Shown in pieces: positions 56,282 through 64,000 of a stretch of DNA of 64,000 bases. The first letter of the stretch is position 1. The number at the start of each line of letters is the position of its first letter. Source of the DNA: Candidatus Micrarchaeia archaeon (GTDB lineage: Archaea; Micrarchaeota; Micrarchaeia; Norongarragalinales; CAINOH01); assembly GCA_041663565.1 (NCBI GenBank), contig JBAYMJ010000004.1, positions 582 through 64,581 on the forward strand. Reading direction: 5' to 3'. The position numbers and the translations under genes are program-made. A model generated the notes under the pieces. The model had not been told where the DNA came from, searched no databases, and saw nothing but the letters and a program-made list of their open reading frames with translations.

Positions 56282-57505
56282 CTATTTCCTTCTTCGCGCA
56301 AGCTCGGCCCGTACCTCGTCCGGGGTTATCCCTTTCTTTGCCATCAGCACAAGAAGGAAGTACGAAAGGTCCGCTATCTCCCACACGAGGTTCTCACGGT
56401 CCTGGTAATCTATGACCTCTGCTGACTCCTCGGCAACCTTGTCCAAGATTGTTGACTCGCTTGCGCTGATTGCCGAGGTGAAGGAGCCTTCCTGCGGGTC
56501 ATCCACCTTGCCCTTCACTACGGCATACAACTCGTCCAACCCGAACTTCCTGTTGCCAAAGCAGCTGTAGGTGCCGGTGTGGCAGGCGAAATTCTCCTGC
56601 CTGACGGTAAAGAGAAGGCTGTCGCGGTCGCAGTCGTACCTTGCAGTCAGCAGGGCCTGGAAGTTGCCCGAAGTCTCGCCCTTGGTCCACAACGTTTTTC
56701 GCGAGCGGCTGTAATACGCGGCCTTGCCAGTCTCAAACGTCCTGGCAACCGACTCCTTTGAGGACCACGCGAGCATCAGGACCTGCCCGTTCCCGTCTTG
56801 GACAATCGTCGGGATGAGGCCGGTCGCCGGGTCGAACCGCAGGACGCCAGCAAAAGCATCCGCAAGCCTTACCGCGCCGGTGTAGATGGACATCCCGAGC
56901 TGCGGGTTCATGCCGGCTTCCTCTATTTTTTTTATTTCTTCGGTTGTGGTGATTCCGCCAGCAATCGTGAGCTTGTTCTTAGTCGAAGCCTTGACCTGCA
57001 TTATGGCGCCAAAATCCACTCCCTGCATCAGGCCCTCGCGGTCGACGTTGGTGTAGAGAAATTCCGAGCATAACGGTTCGAGTTTTTTTGCAAGCCCAAC
57101 CGGCGTGTTGTCCGTCGCGTTGGTCCAGCCTTTGTCCACCACTTTCCCTTGCTTCGAGTCAAGGGCTACAACCAGCCTGTCCTTTGGAAGCTGGGAAAGG
57201 AACTCCGGCGTTGCCGCGGTGCCTATGATTATTTTTTTCGCGCCAGCAGCAAGCAGCTCGTTTGCCCGGCCGGCCGTGCGTATCCCGCCGCCCACGCGGC
57301 AGTCCGCAACCTTGCAAAGGGCCTTCACCAACTCCAGGTTGTCGCCCCTGCCTAGGGCCGCGTCCAAGTCGATGACTGCGACTTCGCCGTACTTCGCGAA
57401 CTCCGCCGCAAGCCCAAGTGGGTCGTCCCGCTCAAGGACTTTCTCCTTCCCCTGCCGCAGCTGGACCGCCTTTCCGCCCATCAGGTCAATGCTTGGTATG
57501 ATCAT
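56282..57505 (-). CDS. hisAIE: Trifunctional HisA-HisI-HisE fusion
   Basis: IPSIDL..GGGIR (HisA); WTKGETSGN, DCDRD, CHTG..SCF (HisI); KVAEE..WEIADL (HisE). Confidence 0.9.
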   Translation of the reverse strand: MIIPSIDLMGGKAVQLRQGKEKVLERDDPLGLAAEFAKYGEVAVIDLDAALGRGDNLELVKALCKVADCRVGGGIRTAGRANELLAAGAKKIIIGTAATPEFLSQLPKDRLVVALDSKQGKVVDKGWTNATDNTPVGLAKKLEPLCSEFLYTNVDREGLMQGVDFGAIMQVKASTKNKLTIAGGITTTEEIKKIEEAGMNPQLGMSIYTGAVRLADAFAGVLRFDPATGLIPTIVQDGNGQVLMLAWSSKESVARTFETGKAAYYSRSRKTLWTKGETSGNFQALLTARYDCDRDSLLFTVRQENFACHTGTYSCFGNRKFGLDELYAVVKGKVDDPQEGSFTSAISASESTILDKVAEESAEVIDYQDRENLVWEIADLSYFLLVLMAKKGITPDEVRAELARRRK

Positions 57506-57584
57506 TTTCTCACGCTCATCTATGCTTGTGTTCCCAGTGCCCGCCGGCCCCGGTGCCCGCGCCATTATATTCTTCTTCCCATGC

Positions 57585-58418
57585 TCATGTCCTTACGCTT
57601 ACTTTTCTTGCCGCAAGGTAATCCTTTATCTCTCCCACGGTCAGGTTCCCGTAGTGGACCAGCGAGGCCACCAATGCGGCATCCGCGTTTCCCTTTTCAA
57701 AAACATCTGCAAAATCGGACAGCTTTCCCGCTCCCCCCGACGCAATCACGGGTATGTTCACCGCATTGCTGACTGCGCAGGTCAGCTCCAAGTCGTACCC
57801 TTCCTTGGTGCCGTCGCGGTCCATCGAGGTCAAAAGGACCTCTCCCGCGCCGAGCTTCTCAGCGCGGCGGACCCACTCAACCGCGTCAATCCCTGTGGGA
57901 GTCCTTCCGCCATTTACGAAGACTTCCCAGCCTGCAACCCTGCCGGTTCCATCACCAGACGCCTTGCCCGCTGCTTTGCCCGCGGACTCGCCCATCGCTT
58001 TCCCCTCTGTTCCATACCTTTTTTTCGCATCAACCGCAAGGACGACAGCCTGGCTTCCGAACCTTTCGGCCGCCTCTGAAACCAACTGCGGGTTTTTCAC
58101 TGCTGCGGTGTTCAGCGATACTTTGTCAGCCCCTGCTGCCAATATCTCCTGCACCTGTTCAACCGTGGAAATGCCTCCACCGACGGTGAACGGGATGAAC
58201 ACTTCCCTTGCGACGCGTTCCACAAGCCCGACAATCATCCTCCGCTTTTCAACTGACGCGGTTATGTCAAGGAAAACCAGCTCGTCAGCACTGTCATCAT
58301 TGTACTTCTTGGCGAGGGCAACAGGGTCGCCTGCGTACTGCAAGTTTACGAAATTCGTCCCCTTGACCACCTGCCCGTCCCGAACGTCAAGGCAGGGGAT
58401 TATGCGTTTTGTCAGCAT
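57585..58418 (-). CDS. hisF: Imidazole glycerol phosphate synthase cyclase subunit
   Basis: [15 protein letters not shown] and TSMDRDGT. Confidence 0.96.
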   Translation of the reverse strand: MLTKRIIPCLDVRDGQVVKGTNFVNLQYAGDPVALAKKYNDDSADELVFLDITASVEKRRMIVGLVERVAREVFIPFTVGGGISTVEQVQEILAAGADKVSLNTAAVKNPQLVSEAAERFGSQAVVLAVDAKKRYGTEGKAMGESAGKAAGKASGDGTGRVAGWEVFVNGGRTPTGIDAVEWVRRAEKLGAGEVLLTSMDRDGTKEGYDLELTCAVSNAVNIPVIASGGAGKLSDFADVFEKGNADAALVASLVHYGNLTVGEIKDYLAARKVSVRT

Positions 58419-59140
58419 TCAAGCCACCTTCGAAGCAAGTCCAGCCCGAACTCGCCGCTTCTTTCCGGGTGGAACTGCACTGCAGTAACGTTCCCCTTCC
58501 GGACTGCGCTCGCAAAATCGCCGTAATAGTCAGTTGTCGCAGCGACGATGCCCAAGTCGTCGGGGACGACGAAATAGGAATTGACGAAATACGCGTAGCC
58601 TTCCTTGATAAGACCGGGTTGCATGTTTTTTCCACCTTCCGAGCAGTCTCCGCCTTTTCCATCTTTTGGGCAGCCCGCGCCTTTTCCGGCATTCGTGTTG
58701 TCCCCGCATTTTCCGTCTTTTGTGCCGTATTCTCCGTTCCCGTTCTTTCCTTCAGCAACAACTGGAATAATCCTGTTCCAGCCAACTTGCGGCACTTTTC
58801 CCTTTGAAAAGCGGATTACCTTTCCTTTGAACACGCCAAGGCCGGCCACCCCGGGGCTTTCCTCGCTCGACTCGAACAGCGCCTGCAGCCCGAGGCAGAT
58901 TCCAAGAAACGGCGTGCCTTTTGCGATGGCCCCGACTATGGCCTCGTCCAGCCCTTTTTTCCTCAGGCGTTCCATCATGTACCCGAACGAGCCCACTCCG
59001 GGAAATATTATCCTTTCAGCTGCAAGGATTTCCGAAGGGCTCGCGCTCAGCCTTGACCTTGCGCCAAGCCGGTCGAGCGCGTTCCTCACGCTCGAGATGT
59101 TTCCCGCCCCGTAGTCTACAATTACGACATCATCTGCCAT
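58412..59140 (-). CDS. hisH: Imidazole glycerol phosphate synthase glutaminase subunit
   Basis: DYGAGN, GICLGLQ and QFHPE. Confidence 0.94.
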   Translation of the reverse strand: MADDVVIVDYGAGNISSVRNALDRLGARSRLSASPSEILAAERIIFPGVGSFGYMMERLRKKGLDEAIVGAIAKGTPFLGICLGLQALFESSEESPGVAGLGVFKGKVIRFSKGKVPQVGWNRIIPVVAEGKNGNGEYGTKDGKCGDNTNAGKGAGCPKDGKGGDCSEGGKNMQPGLIKEGYAYFVNSYFVVPDDLGIVAATTDYYGDFASAVRKGNVTAVQFHPERSGEFGLDLLRRWLEC

Positions 59141-59143
59141 AAA

Positions 59144-59731
59144 CTATATCGCCCCTTTCGTGCTCGGCATGCTGCCCTTTGCCCTCGCGTCCTTCGAGCA
59201 AGCCATCTTCAGGGCTTTGGCGAACGCCTTGAAAGCCGCCTCAATCTTGTGGTGGTCGCTCCTGCCGCAGGGTATGCGGACGACTACGTTGGCCCCCAGG
59301 CCGGAAGCGAATCCCTGGAAGAAATCCTCAATCGTGTCAGTGTCGAAGCCGCCGCAGAACTGGCGCTCGAACTTGGCGTCGTACTGCACGAAGGGCCTGC
59401 CGCAGACGTCAACTGCGACAATCGCAAGCGCCTCATCCATCGGGAACACGAAGTATCCTGCACGGTTTATTCCCTTCTTGTCCGAAAGGGCGGCCCTGAA
59501 AGCCTGGCCTAGCGCGATGCCGCAGTCCTCCACAAGGTGGTGCGAGTCAACCTCGAGGTCGCCTTCCGCCTTGACTTCCAGGTTGAAGAGGCCGTGCTTT
59601 GCGAAGGACTCCAGCATGTGGCTGAAAAAGCCGATTGGCGTCCCAACCGAGTACCTTCCGTTCCCGTCCACGTTCAACGACAGGGTTATGGCCGTCTCCT
59701 TGGTCTTCCGCACGATTTTTGCCTTACGCAT
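59144..59731 (-). CDS. hisB: Imidazoleglycerol-phosphate dehydratase
   Basis: RKTKET, HHLVED, PMDEA and HHKIEA. Confidence 0.96.
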   Translation of the reverse strand: MRKAKIVRKTKETAITLSLNVDGNGRYSVGTPIGFFSHMLESFAKHGLFNLEVKAEGDLEVDSHHLVEDCGIALGQAFRAALSDKKGINRAGYFVFPMDEALAIVAVDVCGRPFVQYDAKFERQFCGGFDTDTIEDFFQGFASGLGANVVVRIPCGRSDHHKIEAAFKAFAKALKMACSKDARAKGSMPSTKGAI

Positions 59732-59747
59732 AAGCACTCACATCCTC

Positions 59748-60449
59748 CTAAACATTCCCAGACCCGTCTCTTGGTTTCTCCGCCCTTTTTGCCGACTTTA
59801 CCGATTTTGTCCAATTCATTACGTCCGCGTTAATGCCCCGAAAATCCGGCTTGGTAACCCAGATGCACTTGCCTCCCCCTTGCTTGATTCGGGCCATAAA
59901 TGGCGCGTCGCCTTCCGAGTCCGCAATCCCGGCAACCATTGAAAGCGGAGTGCCCGCGTCCGAACAGGCCCGCAGGAGCGCGGCCTCCTTTTGCTTTCCC
60001 TCAATCACCGGGCCGACAAGGCCTACTGCCTTGCCGCCGGCCATCCGCAACCTGCTTGCAAGCACAACCGCATCCTTGAGCCCGAGCCTTCCCGCGACCC
60101 TTTCCGCAATCGGCTCGTAGCTTGCGGTCAGAATGCACACGCGGGCCCCCAGCGATTCAACACCTGAAAAAAATCCTGCAGCTCCGGGAAACAGCTTTGC
60201 ATCATCGGCCACCCTTGCAAACGCCTCATTTGGTATCGGGTCCCTTGACGCAACCCGCTCCAAAAGCACCCTCACGTCCGAGCCATTCTCCTCGGCATCG
60301 AGCCTCGCGGCTTCCTTTTCCAGGCTGAACCCCCTGAAAAATGCGAATATGGTGTCGCCATCGACGATGGTGCCGTCAAGGTCCGACGCTATGAGAAAAC
60401 CCTCGAGGGGCTTTGCGCAGTATTTTTTTCCGGTTGCAGTCGTGCTCAT
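59748..60449 (-). CDS. HAD phosphatase, candidate histidinol-phosphate phosphatase
   Basis: DLDGT, LTAS, K and DSEGD motifs; embedded in the his operon. Confidence 0.7.
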   Translation of the reverse strand: MSTTATGKKYCAKPLEGFLIASDLDGTIVDGDTIFAFFRGFSLEKEAARLDAEENGSDVRVLLERVASRDPIPNEAFARVADDAKLFPGAAGFFSGVESLGARVCILTASYEPIAERVAGRLGLKDAVVLASRLRMAGGKAVGLVGPVIEGKQKEAALLRACSDAGTPLSMVAGIADSEGDAPFMARIKQGGGKCIWVTKPDFRGINADVMNWTKSVKSAKRAEKPRDGSGNV

Positions 60450-60455
60450 GCAAAA

Positions 60456-61532
60456 TCAAATCCCATCAAAGCTTTTCCCCAATATCCTGCCAAGTTCCGC
60501 TGCAAGGCGCCGGTTCTCTTCCCCGGTCCCGACTGTTATGCGGATGCAGTTTCCAAGCATCGGAAGCGACGACCGGTCGCGGACTATAATGCTCGCCTCT
60601 TCTGCCAGCCGTCCCTGTACTTCCTTAGAGCTGATTCCCTCAGGAAAGCGCACCAGCACAAAGTTCGCCTGGCCGGGAAACACCTCAAGCCCGAGCCTTC
60701 GTAGGCCGCCCGAGAGCCTCTCGCGCTCCGCCATTATAGCGGACACGTTTTCGAGCATCCGCGCCTTCCCTTCGCGCAGCGCTTTCGACGCCAGAATCTG
60801 GCTCAGGGTGCCCACGCCGTACGGGAACCTTATCTTTCTCATTACCTTGATGGCTCCGGGCGACGAGATGCAGTAACCTACGCGGAGCGCGGCAAGCCCC
60901 CACGCCTTGGACAGCGTCCGCGAGACAATCAGGTTCGCAAACTCGTCAACAAGGGGCCTGACGGTTTTGCCGCAGAACTCGAAATACGCCTCGTCCACGA
61001 ACACCATCCCGTTGAACTCTCTCGCCAGCCTGCGGATTGAGGCTTCACCAACCGGCCTTCCGGTCGCGGCGTCGGGGCTTGCGAGGAAAACGATGCGCGT
61101 ATCCGAATCCACGCAATCCAATACCGCGTCCACATCCAATTCAAAGTCGCGCGTCATAAGGGCCTGCCGCTCCGTAGCGCCCGCCACTTGCGAACGCACG
61201 CCCCACATCGAGTACCCGGGCTGGACGGTCACGACGTTGTCGCCAGCGCCGCAAAACGCCGATGCGGCAATGGAGATTATGTCGTCCGAGCCGTTTCCGA
61301 CAAGCAGCTGCCCTTCACCGGCGCCGCAGTAGCCGCCGAGCAACCCCGCCAGCTCGGTGCAGTCCGAATCGGGATACCGGTTCAGGCTCACGCCAGGATA
61401 GTCAACTGCGCTGCCGAACGGGTTCTCGTTGGCATCCAGGAAAGCGCCGGCTTTCTTGTAAAGGTCCCGTGCGCAGACGTATGACTCTAGCTGGGCGACT
61501 TCCGGCCTTGCCCTGATGGTCTTGCTTATCAT
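60456..61532 (-). CDS. hisC: Histidinol-phosphate aminotransferase
   Basis: LDANENP, NRYPD, DEAY and RTLSKAWGLAALRVG. Confidence 0.94.
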   Translation of the reverse strand: MISKTIRARPEVAQLESYVCARDLYKKAGAFLDANENPFGSAVDYPGVSLNRYPDSDCTELAGLLGGYCGAGEGQLLVGNGSDDIISIAASAFCGAGDNVVTVQPGYSMWGVRSQVAGATERQALMTRDFELDVDAVLDCVDSDTRIVFLASPDAATGRPVGEASIRRLAREFNGMVFVDEAYFEFCGKTVRPLVDEFANLIVSRTLSKAWGLAALRVGYCISSPGAIKVMRKIRFPYGVGTLSQILASKALREGKARMLENVSAIMAERERLSGGLRRLGLEVFPGQANFVLVRFPEGISSKEVQGRLAEEASIIVRDRSSLPMLGNCIRITVGTGEENRRLAAELGRILGKSFDGI

Positions 61533-61533
61533 A

Positions 61534-63447
61534 TCAATTCATCCCTTTGTCCTCGAACCGCTTTTTCACCGAGTTCGCGTGGGCTTCGAGCCCTTCGGCC
61601 CTTGCAAGCACCTCGATGGTCCCGGCAAGCTCCGAAAGCCCGTTGCGCTCAAGCTTGAGGTAGTTGACCTCGCGCACGAAGTCCCTTGCCGAAAGGCCTG
61701 AATACATCCTTGCGGCCCCGCCGGTAGGAAGCACGTGGTTCGGCCCCGCCGCATAGTCGCCTGCCGAGACGCTGGTGTAGTTCCCGATGAATATCGCCCC
61801 TGCGTTCCTGACTTTGTCAAGGACCGTGAACGGCCTGTCAACCGCAAGCAGGAGGTGCTCGGGCGCGTACTCGTTCGAAAAGTCTATCGCCTCGCCGACG
61901 TCGCCTACGACCAGGATTGCGCCGTTTGCTGACAGCGAAGTGCGGATTATCTCCCTTCGCGGAAGCAAAAGCATCTGGCGCGAAACCTCGGCCTCGACTT
62001 CGTCCGCAAGCTCTTTTGAAACCGCAAGCAGCACCGCAGCCGCATCCGGACTGTGCTCGGCCTGCGCCAGCATCTCGGCAGCCAAGAACCTCGCGTCGGC
62101 AGTCCGGTCGGCTATTGCCAGAAGCTCGCTCGGGCCTGCAGGCGAGTCTATGGATACGAGTGCGCGGGACAATGCCTCAAGCTTTGCCGCAGCCACGTAC
62201 GAGTTGCCTGGCCCCACTATTTTCCTGACTCGCGGGACGGTCCGCGTCCCGAGGGCCATTGCAGCTATCGCCTGGGCCCCGCCGAGCTTGAACACCTTGC
62301 CAACCCCGGCAACGTCAGCCGCAACAAGCACAGCGGGGTTGCACTTTCCTTCCCTGTCCGGCGGGGTGCAAAGGACGATGTCGCGGACTCCCGCCACCTT
62401 TGCAGGCACCACGCCCATTATGACCGACGAAGGGTATGCAGCGGAGCCGCCCGGCGCGTATACCCCCACCGAATCAAGCGGGACAACCAGCTTGCCGCCC
62501 AGGCCGCCTTCCATCTTCATCTCCCATTTTTGCGGAAGCTCCTTCTGCGAAAAGCGCGCCACGTTTTCCGCCGCCTTCTTCAGCGCCGCAATGACCTCGG
62601 GCTTGACTTTCGAATATGCTTCCTTGGTCTCCTCGGCTGTAACAGCGAACTGCCTTGGAAGCAGCTTGACCTTGTCGAACCGTTCGGTATAGGATGAGAG
62701 CGCCTCGTCGCGGCCCTTTGATACGGTGTCGAAGACTTCGGCCGCAAACACCCTTGCCTCGGCTGCCTTGCTGAAATTGCGGTAGAGTATCCTCTTGCGG
62801 TCCCCTGCGGAAATCCCGTCCAGCCGGCCCCGAAGAACGGAGAAGTCCCCGCGAAACGCGCCTACTGCGCCGTCGACCTGGCCGCGCTTTTGCGCAAGCG
62901 AAGCGGGGTTGGCGACGATGACTGCGCTTGAGCGCAAAAGCTCCTGCGACTCCTCCAGGCCGTTCGCGGCAAGGGTGCGGCCGGTGCTCGAAAGGTCGAT
63001 TATCGCATCAGCTATCCCCGCGGATACGCTGGCCTCTATCGCGCCGTCAAGCTGGATGACCTTCGCGTCGATGCCGTTTTCCGAAAGGAACTTTGCAGCA
63101 AGGCGCGGGAACGCGGTTGCCACGCGGCCTGGCTTGCCGCAGCCGCCCTTGGGGACGGCATAGACCAGCCTGCAGAAGCCGAAGGGAAGCGGAAGAAGCG
63201 TCACCACTTCGGAGCCCTTTTCCGCAACCATGTCGGAACCGGTTATCCCGATGTCCGCAACGCCTGACTCTACGTAAGTGGGTATGTCGCGCGCCCGGGC
63301 AAGGAGGAAGCGGTACTTTCCGCACGGCGAGGCCGAGTAGTACCCCCGGTCCCTGCCGGAGTTCTCAAACCCAAGCGCCCTGGCAAGAAGCTGGGCCGGG
63401 GCCGCCAGCGCGCCCTTGTTGGGCAGTGCTATGATGAAGAGACTCAC
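61534..63447 (-). CDS. hisGD: ATP phosphoribosyltransferase (short form) fused to histidinol dehydrogenase
   Basis: IALPNKG, DIGITG and DLSSTGRTL (HisG); GVYAPGG, GPGN, AGPSE, QAEH, APEHL and GPNHVLPT (HisD). Confidence 0.92.
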   Translation of the reverse strand: MSLFIIALPNKGALAAPAQLLARALGFENSGRDRGYYSASPCGKYRFLLARARDIPTYVESGVADIGITGSDMVAEKGSEVVTLLPLPFGFCRLVYAVPKGGCGKPGRVATAFPRLAAKFLSENGIDAKVIQLDGAIEASVSAGIADAIIDLSSTGRTLAANGLEESQELLRSSAVIVANPASLAQKRGQVDGAVGAFRGDFSVLRGRLDGISAGDRKRILYRNFSKAAEARVFAAEVFDTVSKGRDEALSSYTERFDKVKLLPRQFAVTAEETKEAYSKVKPEVIAALKKAAENVARFSQKELPQKWEMKMEGGLGGKLVVPLDSVGVYAPGGSAAYPSSVIMGVVPAKVAGVRDIVLCTPPDREGKCNPAVLVAADVAGVGKVFKLGGAQAIAAMALGTRTVPRVRKIVGPGNSYVAAAKLEALSRALVSIDSPAGPSELLAIADRTADARFLAAEMLAQAEHSPDAAAVLLAVSKELADEVEAEVSRQMLLLPRREIIRTSLSANGAILVVGDVGEAIDFSNEYAPEHLLLAVDRPFTVLDKVRNAGAIFIGNYTSVSAGDYAAGPNHVLPTGGAARMYSGLSARDFVREVNYLKLERNGLSELAGTIEVLARAEGLEAHANSVKKRFEDKGMN

Positions 63448-63454
63448 TTTCCAT
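63365..63454 (-). other. Overlapping out-of-frame uORF MESESLHH... (29 aa) at the hisG start; candidate +1 frameshift site CUU-CAU
   Basis: GGAGG, 7 nt, then ATG GAA AGT GAG TCT CTT CAT CAT; the hisG frame is +1 relative to this ATG. Confidence 0.4.
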
Positions 63455-63680
63455 ATTCTCCCCTCCGGAGCAAACCCGCAGGTAACGGGCTGACGATTTC
63501 AAAAAGGAGGATGGACGCGAGTAGGGACGAAGAAGAAGCCTTAGTGAACAAAATCCCTTTCCATTGCTCCCGAACCTTTTGCGAAAAGACATTGTGCGAA
63601 GACAGGTTAATAACCGTTGCCACTGCCCGAAAGGGGCGTTGGGAAAAGGCAGGGAACCCTACGGAGGCCCAGCCGGGAAC

Positions 63681-64000
63681 CTATGAACAGAAGCCGACGA
63701 AACGCTCTGCGCCCACCTGGCGCATGTCGGAAATCAGGCCCTGCGAGTAGAGGAAGGACAGGTTTGAGAACTCGTAAGGCGTGCCGACCTTTCCGGTGCC
63801 GGCGCACGGGTTGGAGACCGTGAACGCCAGGTTGGTGAAGTCCGCCTCCTCGCCCGCATTCATCACCTGGTTCGGCGAAAAGACGGCGATGGTGCCGTTG
63901 GACTCGTCGCCGAACTCAATCGAGGACAGCATGAGCTTCTCGGCGCCCTGGTTGCGTATGCGGAGGCTGATGTTTGAGCCGGTAAGCTTCGAAGTCACTA
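63681..64000 (-). CDS. Pilin paralog, C-terminal part (truncated by the window edge)
   Basis: Resembles 55674..56156: IEFGD..AGEE..NPC..G..YE..MRQVGA..F.G.C. Confidence 0.75.
   Translation of the reverse strand, partial: VTSKLTGSNISLRIRNQGAEKLMLSSIEFGDESNGTIAVFSPNQVMNAGEEADFTNLAFTVSNPCAGTGKVGTPYEFSNLSFLYSQGLISDMRQVGAERFVGFCS

Overview
This is a window of archaeal chromosome, most consistent with a DPANN Micrarchaeota-like genome. Support for that comes from an epsilon2-type tRNA splicing endonuclease with an ARMAN-type loop, archaeal informational genes and many class III signal-peptide proteins. 1-16.2 kb: a minus-strand surface-protein cluster. It holds a giant pilin-fused LamG protein (>2160 aa, runs off the left edge, absent from the ORF track) whose LamG domains appear recursively nested up to four deep, a smaller paralog, and three secreted fibre-like proteins, two with Gly-rich knobs and a C-terminal S74 chaperone. 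16-26 kb: two toxin-antitoxin pairs, mevalonate kinase, a KaiC-like ATPase, geranylgeranyl reductase, a solo TnpB element, sugar genes, two tiny Lys/Ala micro-ORFs and a probable double-guide C/D box sRNA aimed at 23S rRNA H69-H71. 26-46 kb: housekeeping genes (AmmeMemoRadiSam, PhoU, eL41, KEOPS/Sua5, S27ae, S24e, Spt4, Rpo7, intron-containing tRNA-Lys, adk, aIF2gamma, class II LysRS, DHS, EndA). 46-56 kb: a type IV pilus locus. 56-63.5 kb: a histidine operon with HisG-HisD and HisA-HisI-HisE fusions lying between two pilin paralogs, with a possible His-sensing +1 frameshift site at the hisG start. All calls come from manual reading and motif recognition; no database searches were run.
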